Assembly: GCF_964355755.1 (NCBI RefSeq) | Contig: NC_092679.1 | Coordinates: 19,141,432 to 19,205,431, forward strand | Length of the DNA: 64,000 bases | From: Antedon mediterranea | Taxonomy: Eukaryota; Animalia; Echinodermata | Reading direction: 5' to 3' | Shown: piece after piece, positions 1-42,128 of the stretch | Layout of the letters: the number at the start of each line of letters is the position of its first letter | Position numbering within the stretch: the stretch's first letter is position 1 | Program-made: the position numbers and the translations under genes | The notes under the pieces: model-generated | The model's input: the letters and a program-made list of their open reading frames with translations, nothing else | Told to the model about the DNA's origin: nothing | The model's database searches: none

Positions 1-1822
1 ACGAAATACTTGGATACGTCATCCAGTTGTTTCATATTGTAATACCCTCCGGTTTCCACTATATCCACTAAATACATAAATAAGTTCAGCATTAAATTAA
101 GTTTTCAGGTTTTTATACATGTTGCTCAAGTACGGGGCGCCATTCAGTGCATCATACTGAGACAACTACTACGTCATAGGCCTATATTATAAGTATAGTA
201 ACCTAAAGCTCTGTCTACACTTTAAAACTGTATGTGACCAAAAAATGTCATGTGCCCATATATGTACATGGTAATGTCATATCACTACCATATTTGGGTA
301 TATCACTACCATATTTGGGCACATCACACTTTTTTTCAAAAGTTTGATAGTGTAGACAGTGCTTATAAATTAACGATATTTAGGTATACAGCATATGAGT
401 AGACCTATACGCACATGTAGTTGCAGGTAATTGAATGTGTTTGCCTTTGAAACTAAAAAGAAACGGTATACATTCGTCTTCGCTGACCGTCACTGAGGCT
501 TGTCCATCATTTTGCGAAGTTTTCATATCAAAGCACCAAGTATTGCTTTTTAAATTGTGCGGATAAACCGCCTGATTACAGAGCTTGCTGTTATCTGTGG
601 AGAATTAAGTGGATACAATTTTAACAAGCCTAGGCGATGTGTAACAAACGTGGCTCCTCATATTCGGCAACAGTAATCGATTTTTATTATAACCTTGTTT
701 TGCTTGAACCGGCTTCATTATGCCCTCTAAAGCTCTGTCCGTCTATACTATATACTATCAAACGTTAGCGAAAAAAATGTGATATGCCCGGATTTAGAAA
801 CGATGACGTCATATCACTACCATATTTGGCCACATCACACTTTTTTCGTCAAAATATATTGATATTTTGACAGAGCTCAAGACGACTCTCACCTGGAACG
901 CACTTATTCGGCATTTTCGATCCAGCTTGAATTGACGATTTTGTACACGTTTGGGCCTCATAATCGATGGTCCATACATCATTCTGATATCAAATATTAA
1001 ATAAAGAGACAGGTTAACTGAGAACTTATTTGAACTATGTCATATCGCCGGATCACGGTGAAATACGCATACTTTAAAGGCATATCTACACGAGACCTAT
1101 CAAACTTAATGTCACAACAAAATGTGAACATGATGATGACCATATCACAACCATATTTTTGCACATCACACTTTTTTTGTCAAACTAGTTTGATAGTGTA
1201 GACAAGCCTTATAACCCTACATTTTTGTAGTCCTCAATCACCAAAGTATGGGTCCTACTGTCATCTATGTAACCAGTTGTGTTGTAAAACATTCGAGATT
1301 GCTTAAAATCGGCTACAATCGTCACAACTTGTGATAGAGTTCCAAAGTTTTGGTAGTCCTGCTCTATGTGGTACCCAATTAAAGTGCCTTAAAACGAATT
1401 TGTAAGAAACAAAAAATTTAATAATAAATGTTAAAACTGCCTCATTATAATTTATTAAAACACGAAATGGTGTGGACATGCACATCCTGATGATGGGCTA
1501 TGCTGCCCTAAACATGTCGTGTTAATCAATTTTAAGACAGTTTTAATATAGGCCTACCTGTATTTGATTGTTACTATCTACCCTGTCTAGGCTTATGCAG
1601 CTTCTTGATTTAGGCTATATACCGGTATTTAATCGTTATTTACGGTCCTATACTTAATGATCATTGTTTGTATCATGTAGGCCTGGTAGCGGCTACTCTG
1701 TACTTACCCATGTCAACCATAAACATATCGTTCTTCATGCAACATTTTGAGGGTTGTGGCTGTTGAGTGTTACAAATGACCAAAAAGTAAAGAAAGAGCC
1801 CAAAAATACTTATGAGATGCAT
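1..1822 (-). CDS. Ependymin-related (EPDR family) secreted protein, 3' end beyond window start
   Basis: GT-AG exons with consistent phases: 1822-1708 (MHLISIFGLFLYFLVICNTQQPQPSKCCMKNDMFMVDM, signal peptide + CC), 1387-1221 (GTLIGYH...ADFKQSRMF...LVIEDYKN), 983-893 (NDVWTIDYEAQTCTKSSIQAGSKMPNKCVP), 594-415 (DNSKLC...TWCF...VTVSEDECIPF), 67-1 (LDIVETGGYYNMKQLDDVSKYF). The Cys pattern and the TIDxxxxxCTK, CVP and TxxxxxCIP motifs match ependymin-related proteins. An in-frame upstream ATG exists at 1879. Confidence 0.75.
207..363. mobile_element. MITE family A (Harbinger/Tourist-like), representative copy
   Basis: TIR consensus AGCTCTGTCTACACTATCAAACT, TAA/TTA flanks, internal 21-bp unit ATATCACTACCATATTTGGGC. 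Further full or partial copies start near 731, 1078, 5127, 5830, 6388, 12964, 14331, 20351, 21848, 21943, 25425, 30000, 32865, 35002, 36785, 37557, 38279, 39664, 39828, 40429, 40790, 44762, 47967 and 53558. Confidence 0.88.
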
Positions 1823-2309
1823 GTTTGATTTTAGCTCTTGTCTTTGTTCTACGTTTGGTTTCTGTCTTGTTCTTTCCATTATTTATCTATCGCTAATCTA
1901 CCCATGTAGGGTTCTATGATAAACAGTTGAATGATAGTTTCAATTACATTAGGGTCCTTGTGATATTAATCATTTTAGTGACGCCGTTTTAATCCTCAGA
2001 ATTTAATTAAAATTGAATGGTTAGGTCTATAATTGGAATAAACAAGAATAATAAATGTCGTTGTTTGTTTCCATTACGAATTAATTATCATATTAATCCT
2101 AAAAATACATTGGGATAGAATAATTAAAAAGTAATAATATTGTTGGCAGAATGGACAGACTATGAGTGCCGACTAATCACACGACTGCCGGATACTTATT
2201 TGCAACAGAACTAGAGAACCGTTGATTAGACAAGACGCTGAGGGCGCGCTCTCATAAAAAACGTGCTGTGATTTTTTTGGTTGTAAATTTTATGTTTTTA
2301 ACATCAAAT
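1823..2309. promoter_or_regulatory. Divergent promoter region EPDR / EIF3K
   Basis: Two oppositely oriented start codons about 490 bp apart; locally CpG-richer segment around 2150-2270. Confidence 0.55.
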
Positions 2310-5300
2310 ATGTCTTCAGCTGACGATGCCAGAGCAACCGTTTCTTCATTACTGAAAGGAATTGATAGGTAGGAAAACACTTGTGTTATTAAAACCATTT
2401 AATGGATTAAAATTTGTTGAAAACGTAGCAATATGGTCGTTTAGGCTAGGCCTAGGTAGGCCTACTTTGTAGTAGGAGTCGGAGATTGTGTGTGCTCTGC
2501 ATGCCGCGAAGTGCTTGATATTTCCCTACCTACACTAATTTACAGGTCGGGCCTAGCCTAAAATCATAGAAAACCCTAACCCAAGACTCCATCGTAGTAA
2601 GATGTCTACTTAAACCATAACACTAATATAATTATTAATTGAACTCATGGTTGCCATTTACATTTTTTTTGTGTACAACAATATTCAACAACAAGTTCAA
2701 GTAACATTATTCATTAACAATATTTTTTTTAAATATTATTTAATACTAGGGAGCCTACTAATAAGCAATACGACTGCGAGTGTTCACTGTTATGTTATTT
2801 TTTAGTATTAGTGACTAGTTACAGGCTACAGTAGATAGAGACTAAGTAAGTACTAACTATCATACTACTACTAGCTAGGCCTCCTACTTGGGCTAGCCCA
2901 GTACAACTAAATAGGCTAATTAATTATAATATAATGCTAGTTTAGTAACATATGTCTAGTATTTAAATATGATTTAAACTTTGTTGTTTTAAACTACTTT
3001 TTTTACAGGTATAATCCAGAAAATTTGTCAAAACTTGAAAGATATGTTGAAATCCAGACCAAAGAGAATTCATATGATCTGGAGGCTAATTTAGCAGTAT
3101 TAAAATTGTAAGTATACCCTTTGATACTGGTTCTGATCCAGTAGATAAGTGTTTAGAGATTTGTGCTGGGTAGAAGTGAGTGGGGACATCCTCACCCTGA
3201 AGTTTTTTTAGGGCCTTTACCTAGTAGCCACCCAAGAAACCTACCTGAATTTACTGTTTTTACCACCAATCTTATACCCCTTTCACACCAAAAGCAAAAC
3301 TCCGGAGACACCCCGGAGTTGACGCCCCGGAGTTGACGCCCTGCTGTTTGGTGTGAAAGGTACCAACATCAAACTCCGGAGTGTTTCGGGTCAAAAGGTC
3401 ATCCTCACATGATCACTCATTGCTTTAGTTTTATTTAAATACTTTAAATATTTGTACAAAATATATAGCGGGTTTAAAAAATAATAAGTAGTATCAATAA
3501 AATATTATATTACTTCTGAGACTTTTGAAAGTAATTATTAAATTAAAAATATTGTTAATTAAAATTATTCTAATGATCGTTGCGATGTAAACAAACAAAA
3601 TAGAGGGCAACATTTACAATTTTATTTTATAAACTCCGGAGTTGCTAGGTTGGTGTGAAAGGGGTATCTCCGGAGTTTCTCGACGTTTTGAATGGTCATA
3701 AACCCCGGGGTGTCTCCTGTATAGATTTCATCATCAATCATAATGTTTATCCTTTTTTTTTCAGATACCAACTGAACCCTGCTCATTTCCAGCTTGACGT
3801 GGCTCAACAGATCTTGCTGAAGGCACTAACTAACCTTCCACATACAGACTTCATCTTATGTAAATGTCTCATCGATGAATCACATGTATCCTTTACCATA
3901 TTTTGTATGTCAGGGCCATAGCCACCAGTACGGTTGGTAAGGTTTAAACCTGACCTATTTTTTCACAGAAGCCTTTAATAACCCAGCAGCTTGGACAGTG
4001 ATTTCCCTTTTCTTGCGAAAACACCACTTTATTTCTTGTGGTTACATCACTATATAAATGATTGATATTAGCAAAGACATCAACATCTTTGAATCTCTTT
4101 TTTAGGCTGAATTCCTACCAGAATGCAATGCAAGGATGAGAAAACACCAGTTGACCAATCACAAACAACAAAACCTTCCAAACTGTCCTGGTATTGCGTC
4201 ATTCAGTCTTATCCTTAAAAGCCCCATCCATGGACTAAGGGCGTGGAGACTACCTCATTCATGTTAAATTTTACCAAAGGGTGTTCTTTGCTCTCAAAAA
4301 CAATCTTAACTTCCAATTTATAAAATTTCTAGATTTCTCATTCCAATCAAATTGCCACAAAATCAACATCTTCCTATTATGTTTCTGGAAATCGTGAATC
4401 AGTTGTACCGTTACCCCTGTTAGCACTTGTTCATATTAGAATATTTATCTGAATACTCAAATGTTTCCTTAAATTACTTGTTAGCAACAAGAACCACAAC
4501 TGAAAAGTATACTATACCTTCATTTGCTGCTAGAAACTTGTGAATTTCAAAAGTTCTGGGTAAGTGAGGAACTTTGGGAGTGCACAAAGGTGTTTTCTGG
4601 AACATGCTAGCATAGTTTCGTAACTTTAATTATCATTTTTCACAGTTGATATTTAAAAAAAAAGGAATAAGAATTTTTTTTTATTTGTTTTTAGAATGAA
4701 CTTGTTGAGTTAGAAGATATGGTGTCAACTATTGTGGGCTTTGAGGATTCAATTCGAAAATGTAAGTTACAGACATTTTATAACTTTGAATGAAATCAAT
4801 ATGGCACCCAGGTGTATAAATGGGTACCGGTTAGATCAAGACACAACTTTATGCTGATTACTAGCTGCATTGTTATGGGAGTATTTTTCAAAAAATGGCC
4901 AAGGTAATAATGTGCAGCGCATTAAGAGCTTGATTATATGCGCTATATAAGAATGAACTATTATTATTATGGAAAGATACATCACTTTCACTGTGGCATT
5001 TTAACCGGTCATGGAATACTATTAAGTCATGGAAAAGTCACGCAATGATGGAATTTTGTCTAAAAAAGTCAAGAAAATTAACTCTTGAGAAAGTGTATGA
5101 ACTTGTCTTTTGAACATCCTACGTAAAGCCCTGTCTACACTATCAAACTACTGTAGTTTGAAAGAAAAAGTGCCCAAATATGGTGGTGATTTGCCCAAAT
5201 ATGGTAGTGATATGTCCAAATATGGTAGTGATATGCCCAAATATGGTAGTGATATGCCCAAATATGATAGTGATATGCCCAAATATGATAGTGATATGAC

Positions 5301-5744
5301 ATCATCATGTCCATATATGGGCACACCACATTTTTGTTTTCACATAAAGTTTGATAGTGTAGACAGAGCTTTAGTTTTTTAATGGATTTAATTTCTACTT
5401 TTCTATATTTTGTAGTCATTTGCCACGTACTGAAGATCACTTACCAGACAATAAGCAAGCGACTACTGGCGCAGTTGCTCGGAGATTTAACCGATCGAGA
5501 GCTGGAACAGTGGATGAATAGATACGGGTGGAAATCAAAGGAAGATGGCAAACTGTTTATCACCAACCAGGAAGAGATTGTAAAAACGAAAAATATTACA
5601 GAAAAAATTGACTTTGAAAGTAAGTACAAAATTGTCTTTTTTATAAAGGATAAATAAATGTTTTAAAAATATTTTTCCAATAATGTTCTTTTGTTTGTTT
5701 TTTTTTTTTCAGGTGTTGCAAGTATTATGGCACACGCCCCTTGA
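2310..5744 (+). CDS. EIF3K: Eukaryotic translation initiation factor 3 subunit K
   Basis: Exons 2310-2368, 3009-3107, 3765-3885, 4485-4559, 4695-4761, 5416-5619, 5713-5744. Translation LLKGIDRYNPENL...[17 protein letters not shown]...[20 protein letters not shown]...[14 protein letters not shown]...[17 protein letters not shown] matches eIF3k throughout. Confidence 0.96.
3276..3665. mobile_element. Non-autonomous TIR element in EIF3K intron 2
   Basis: ACCCCTTTCACACCA ... TGGTGTGAAAGGGGT inverted ends; internal CTCCGGAG/CCCCGGAG repeats. Confidence 0.6.
3886..4484 (+). other. U12-type (minor) GT-AG intron in EIF3K
   Basis: 5' splice site GTATCCTTT; branch-site-like TTTCCTTAAA about 12-20 nt before the 3' TAG; no long polypyrimidine tract. 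Confidence 0.9.
4800..4970 (+). mobile_element. SINE remnant (Deu/Nin-like core plus LINE-like 3' tail)
   Basis: CACCCAGGTGTATAAATGGGTACC core and a GCGCTATATAAG...(TAT)n tail typical of invertebrate SINEs. Confidence 0.55.
5127..5370. mobile_element. MITE family A copy with expanded 21-bp internal repeat
   Basis: Both TIRs present; about 6 tandem CCCAAATATGGTAGTGATATG units, which produce the PKYGSDM ORF artefact. Confidence 0.88.
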
Positions 5745-8700
5745 AGTCAACAATGCACGCCCCTTGAGCTCAACAACACACGCTCATGAGATTGAAAACA
5801 CACGCCCTCATAAGATCAATCAAGATTAAAGCTCTGTCTGCACATCAAATTTTATGTGACAACAAAATTACTATATTTGGCCATATCAATACCATATTTG
5901 GGCACCTCACTTTTTTTTTCAAACTAGTTTGATAGTGTAGGCAGAGCTTAAAACAATTCTGCTGGCTAGCCCAAATATTTTATAATAGTGACTTGTTTAT
6001 TTTTTAAGCAATTATTGAAAATACACACAATACATAATACTACTGTTTATACATATCTTGTCTTGAATATGAATATAGTTATGTAACCATTTAAATGGTA
6101 TACAAATAATGAATGTTTATGAGTGGTACAAACACAAGTATTCTCGTGTTCCATTCCAGATATAAAAACATGTATGTTTAGGTAAAGAAATACAGTATAA
6201 TCCAACAACAACTAACATTTTGAGTATTTTTAGTTTATGATTTTAGAAATCATCAAATAATATGTATACCGTGTTGGCTTTTCTTTACATTTGACATAAT
6301 TTATATGGAAAACATTTAGACACTAAATATATTCAAAGTATCATTGTTTTTTGTTTGAGTTTGTTGTTGTATCAGTGTTTAGTATAAAGCTCTGTCTACA
6401 CCATTAAACCTTATGTGACAACAAAATGTGATGTGCCCATATATGGACATGACGACATCATATCACTACCACATTGAAGCCTATCACTTAATACTACCAT
6501 ATTTTTTTGTCAAACTAATGTAGACAGAGCTTTAGACTAGATTTGTTTAATAATATTATATAATAATAATAGTCTGTTCTTATATAGTGCATATAAGCAA
6601 GTCTTGTATAGGCTTATTGAACCTGTTATTAGGTTGAAATCACACTGTTTGATAGTGTAGACAGAGCTTAATACACCTTTGATTTTGAACCGTATATTCT
6701 CTTTTTGAGTTCCCATTTCAAACATGTATGCAACAAGTCGAGTGTGAGAACACGCCCACTAATAACGGTTGGAGATAATTATTAGGTGTTTGTTTTTAAA
6801 GAAACCAAGAAAAGAAATACAATTTCCGTAGTATTTGTCCAAAAACCTACATAGAAACAAACTTTCCAACATATTTTTGAGTTGCTCTATTGGGTGAAGT
6901 ATAAATAAACTGTCGCGTCACTTACACAATCAATCCACTCTCCGCTACTCAGGAAAATCAAGTTTTACCAGGGTTTTAACTTATTTTTTGTAAGCCTATA
7001 GTCCCTAGTACAAAAAAAAATAGTATGACAGTTGAGTATAAGTTGCAACTTGTTAGTAGTGCTACTTGTATCTCCGTTGCAAGTGCTACTATATCTCCGT
7101 TGTAAGTACTATATCTCCATTACGTTAAGCTCCGTTACGATGTTGATGATGTTTATTGTCTACTTTTTATATAATAATATGTGTCTATACACACGTAACG
7201 GTAATATGTGTCTATACACACGTAAAAAGTGGAATAATACAGTAGTAACGTGTTTTTTTTTTGTAAATGTCGGATTTTTGTTGATTTTGATCAGCGATAC
7301 AGAGTTATTTTGTTTAGTCTATAATACGTAATATAAACATTTTACCCGGGACAGTAGTCAGTATTAATTTAATAATTTTACTATGAAAATGTATAATAAA
7401 TTGACGTTACTCCTAACGATTGACTAAAATAATAATAGGGTGTAAACGGAAAAATATACAAATCGACAGATAACGAAACAATTGACGAGTCTTTCCCGGT
7501 CGGAAGCTGGTTTGGTACGTGGATGATCAGTTCAAAGCTGTTGCTTGTGATAAAAACAATGGGCATACATTTTTTTTTGCTGGTCAAAAATATACTCAGT
7601 GAAAGTATGAACGCGCGCGTACAAAAAACTTTCATAATTATTTGAACGCACTGCGCGGCAAGCTTTTTGTGTCACCACCCAAAAAGGCCGACTTTCGGTG
7701 TGGGTACCCGGCCCCTGGAATTTGAGGTATATCTGTGAAAGTACAGAAATTACAAAAGGTCGAATTGTTTTCTATGAAAAATTAAGATCCACCTAAAAAT
7801 TGTGTCATTTCCGGCCATCTACCGTTGTATTTATTTTGTATTGATTATTATTATATTATTATTATATTGCTGAAATAATTTTAAAACATTATATGTGTGT
7901 AGGCCTATATTATTCTAGGTATTCTATATATTTAGGCCTATAGCTTATAGTTTGAGAATTTTCTGTTTTCTTTTTTTGTTTGTTGATATGTATGAAATTT
8001 CCGAAATAAAAGAAATTGATTGATTGATTAATTTAACCGGCTCCAATCCAAACGAAAAGCTCTAGAAAACCGTCGTAAAAGATACTAACCGATGGTGGAT
8101 AGCGCCATGTTGTTTTTGTTTGTTTTTTATCAGATGGAAGGGGGTGTGGATGGAGGAGGCTCCTAAATAATTAATCATTTTTCTAGAATAAAATCTGCAT
8201 TATGCAAATTAGGCTACGACCTTCGGTATCAATTTTAATACCTTGTCATTTTTTACACCGTGTTTCATAACTTATATTTTTTTGTGCAATTATGTGTGTG
8301 TACATAATATATTTTATTGTATATCTATTTATTTTTGTACTAATAATTGTCGATCTTCAAGAAGAATTTCTGTTGTTATTTTATGATGATGATGGACAAA
8401 TAAAGCATTTCAGTATTCAGTATTCAGTATCTCCGATGCAATATTTCCTAATCCTTTTTATGAGAAAAATTGTGTTTTTAATTTATAATATATATATTTT
8501 ATCATGTGTCCATTATAATTCAAACCATTGATTGTACAATTTTATAAATTCTCACCAACATTTAATTAGCAATACATCAAATATTTTCGCATAATACAAC
8601 GGATGGCCTTACTCATCTCATTTTAGTTACAAAACAATGCAATAAAGATAATACATGGCCGCGAAATTATACTGTACTATTATTATTTAATCATTTTCCA

Positions 8701-8944
8701 CTAGCTAACATTGACATATCTGTATGAAATATTGAGAAAAAAAATACAGACACGCGCGCAAATGATGCATTTTATTTATTTCTACCTAAGCCAATAGGCC
8801 TATTATATAAATAATTTTTGATTATTTTATCTATTTAATTACCCACCCTGCATTACAATATGAATATTTAATGGTATATTTAAAGACAACTGTTTACTTT
8901 AACATAGTTTGGTGAACAAAAAAATGATAAAATGTTCTAAATAT

Positions 8945-11029
8945 CAGGGCCGTAGCCAGTATTTGGGTCACCCCCTCCCCCCCCCCCTTCCTGGGGTGGG
9001 GCCGCGCCTACTAAAGCTGATTTTCCACTAGGCGAATTTGTTCGCGCGAATCGAAAGCGTCATGCTCTGCGCATGCGTATTCGAGTTTCTGTCTATCATA
9101 CTCCCTTCTGCGACGAATTCTAGTTCCTTGATTTTTCGCTGCAGCGAAATTTACTAGTTCGAATTGTTTCTACTTTTTGCGAAGCGAAATATTGCGCAAC
9201 CAATCACAGCTCAGGAAATGAGCTATGACGCTTTCATGAGCAGTCATGCGAAGCGAAATGCTTAGCAACCACGCGAGGAACATGAACGTCGAAGAGAAAA
9301 AAATCGCCTACTCTCTTTCCACTACATGGGCGAATAGCTGCGACGTTCATGTTCCTCGCGTGGTTGCTGGGCATTTCGATTCGCATGAGTGCTCATGAAA
9401 GCGTCATAGCTCATTTCCTGAGCTCTGATTGGTTGCGCAATATTTCGCTTCGCAAAAAGTAGAAACAATTCGAACTAGTAAATTTCGCTGAAGCGAAAAA
9501 TCAAAGGAAATAGAATTCGTCGAAGAAGGCAGTATGACAGACAGAAACGCGAATACGCATGTGCATAGCATGACGCTTTCGATTTGCGCGAACAAATTCG
9601 CCTAGTGGAAAATCGGCTTGAGGCGAAGCGAATTTTGTTAAATGACACCCCTAGATGGCCGGAAAAGACACTCTCATGCAGCATGCTACCAATGAGCAAA
9701 ACGATCGTACTTGGACTCGTGGACTATTTAAACGATAACATTTGTTGCCGTATGTTAGATGCGCGTGCTCTGTGCGGAACCGTCGATTGTTTGATCATTT
9801 AAGCCGATTTTCCACTAGGCGAATTTGTTCGCGCGAATCGAAAGCGTCATGCTATGCACATGCGTATTCGCGTTTCTGTCTGTCATACTGCCTTCTTCGA
9901 CGAATTCTATTTCCTTTGATTTTTCGCTTTAGCGAAATTTACTAGTTCGAATTGTTTCTACTTTTTGCGAAGCGAAATATTGCGCAACCAATCAGAGCTC
10001 AGGAAATGAGCTATGACGCTTTCATGAGCAGTCATGCGAATCGAAATGCTCAGCAACCACGCGAGCAAATTCGCCTAGTGGAAAATCGGCTTAAAGCCGA
10101 TTTTCCACTAGGCGAATTTGTTCGCGCGAATCGAAGGCGTCAGCTAATACGCATGCGTAGAGAAGGATTTGGAAGACGTAAACATGAATACACATGCGTA
10201 CAAGCTGGCGCGTTCGATTCGCGCGAACAATATATATTCGCATAATATATCGGTATTTTATTTTGCGTTCAAGTTCAATGCGAACGTACGTCTAGGAGAA
10301 GCCCCGAAAAAAGCACACTGGGTGAAGGCAAATGCAATTCTTATTATAGCTCTATCTATAATATTTATTTACAGCAATTTGTTGAGGAAATTAATTATGC
10401 CAATGTAAATAGGTGATATTGATACATTTGAGTACGTATCGGCTGGTGGTCTAGAAAAAAATAATCGGATGCCATAATGTGAACTACAGTACATGATACC
10501 ATAGATATTATAGTGTAAAATAGTAATATTCACTATAATCCTCTATGATACATTACACTTCATAGCCACACATAAATACTGATGTATGTCGGAAGGCTAT
10601 ATACTTTATGCATGCTGTCTGACTGCCAGTGATCTAAACAATTGGTACGCAGTTGGCGGTGTCCTTTGTACGAATCGTTCGTGTCCCAGCTCGCTGTGAG
10701 ACGCGTCAATATCATGTTACATGCAGGGACCAAATATTTATTTTTCAGGTTAAAATCGGCAATTCATTTGCAACTCTTAGAAATTTACAGACACGAATCG
10801 CTCGAAGTACGCTCATACAGGGAAGAAGGTACTGTATGAGTTATTTCGAACGAGTTTACGAATTTTTCAATTTACGAACAACTTTTTGTACTGTGTGGGG
10901 CACGTATTTGGACGATTTTCGGAGATGAGGGTGAGGTATTGGGCATGTCGGGGATGGGGGTTCGCAGTCGCTGAAAAGGGGGGGGGGGGGTTCGCCCGAA
11001 CCATAAAAACCCCCCTGGCTACGGGCCTG
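8945..11029. mobile_element. Possible hAT-like non-autonomous element enclosing the MITE B cluster
   Basis: CAGGGCCGTAGCCAG at 8945 and CTGGCTACGGGCCTG ending at 11029 (14/15 inverted match), both flanked by AATAT; subterminal G/C runs. Confidence 0.45.
9015..10228. mobile_element. Cluster of four MITE family B copies (Harbinger-like)
   Basis: TIR AGCCGATTTTCCACTAGGCGAATTTG. Copies 9015-9310 (+), 9341-9618 (-), 9802-10091 (complete, TTA/TAA flanks) and 10095-10228 (partial). Confidence 0.85.
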
Positions 11030-11160
11030 AATATTCAAAACAATGTTTTATTTAAAATTCGTTTATTGAAGAAATTAAGAACAAACTAAATACGCGTTTT
11101 GCTACGCTTGCAAAAAAGAATGAGATAGAACAGACCGACATCGTTACAACGTGATTCATG

Positions 11161-11216
11161 ATTGGTCATTGAAACAACATTAAAGAGCATTGGTTACTGT
11201 CGATAGTTTTTATTGG
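11161..11216 (-). promoter_or_regulatory. Three CCAAT boxes, candidate FBXO11 promoter
   Basis: ATTGG at 11161, 11189 and 11212, about 175-230 bp upstream of the predicted ATG. A possible short 5'UTR intron lies at 11299-11375. Confidence 0.4.
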
Positions 11217-11387
11217 CTAATGTACTTACGCCTCCACTCTGTGTGTAATACAATCATTTCCTAAGCTCACACAACAGTCCTGTATGGTTTTTCTCTACGT
11301 AAATGAGATAAAGGGGTAGGCCTAGGGGAAATTACGCGACTTTTATAGGATAATATATGAATTGTTTAAATTTAGGGTATATTCATC

Positions 11388-41319
<29,932 letters not shown>

Positions 41320-41614
41320 AGCTAGCGCCCTCTATGTGAAGGCTTTTATTTATTGTGAATACATTTTTAATCTTATTAGTTTTAACAATTTTTTTTTTTG
41401 TATTGTGGAATTTGTCAATATACAAAAAAAAATGTAAAATCCAGCTGCCTAAAAGATGAAATCTGTGAAAGGTGTTCAATTGGGCATAACTGTAAAATAT
41501 TTAAAATAATTATTTTGTAATATGTTTTAGGTAGTAAATTGACCAATATACTGGTCAACAAGGTAAATTATAGATTATGCATGCCATGTTATGGAGGGAT
41601 TTTTTGTTGAAAAA

Positions 41615-42128
41615 TAATTTTCTCGAACAAGGGGTAATGTATGTTTAACACCATGGCGAACCCCTATTCAGGAGACACCTATTAAGGGACCAATTTGTTG
41701 GCTCCCGAATAATGTTCTCGAACAAGGGGTAATGTATGCTTTAACACTATGGCGAACCCCTATTCAGGGGACACCTCTATTAAGGGACCACTTTGTTGGC
41801 TCCTACAGAATGTTCTCAAACAAGGGGTAATGTATGTTTTAACACTATGGCGAACCCCTATTGAGGGGACACCTCTATTAAGGGACCACTTTGTTGGCTC
41901 CTACAGAATGTTCTCAAACAAGGGGTAATGTATGCTTTAACACTATGGCGAACCCCTATTGAGGGGACACCTCTATTAAGGGACCACTTTGTTGGCTCCT
42001 ACAGAATGTTCTCAAACAAGGGGTAATGTATGTTTTAACACTATGGCGAACCCCTATTCAAGGGACACCTCTATTAAGGGACCATTTTGTTGGGTTCTTA
42101 AAGATGTTCCATTAATAAGAGTTCCACT
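41615..42128. repeat. 98-bp tandem repeat (5 copies) in the FBXO11 3' UTR region
   Basis: AACAAGGGGTAATGTATG recurs at 41626, 41721, 41819, 41917 and 42015. Confidence 0.92.

Noticed and set aside
1010-1090. Alternative EPDR exon (FTVIRRYDI)
   Set aside because: Overlaps a MITE-A end and has a poor donor; exon 1387-1221 already gives a phase-correct join.
5110-5440. PKYGSDM / YHYHIWA repeat ORFs
   Set aside because: Translation of the 21-bp internal repeat of MITE-A.
7595-7630. RSS-like heptamer/nonamer (RAG-like transposon end)
   Set aside because: The heptamer is CTCAGTG rather than CACAGTG, the spacing is neither 12 nor 23, and there is no partner end or RAG-like ORF.
6700-8900. Possible extra gene between EIF3K and FBXO11
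   Set aside because: Only low-complexity hydrophobic ORFs and short tandem repeats (7060-7225); no coherent exon chain found.
9404-10408. Cluster of 60-97 aa ORFs
   Set aside because: All fall within GC-richer MITE-B copies; the same peptides recur on both strands because of the inverted repeats.
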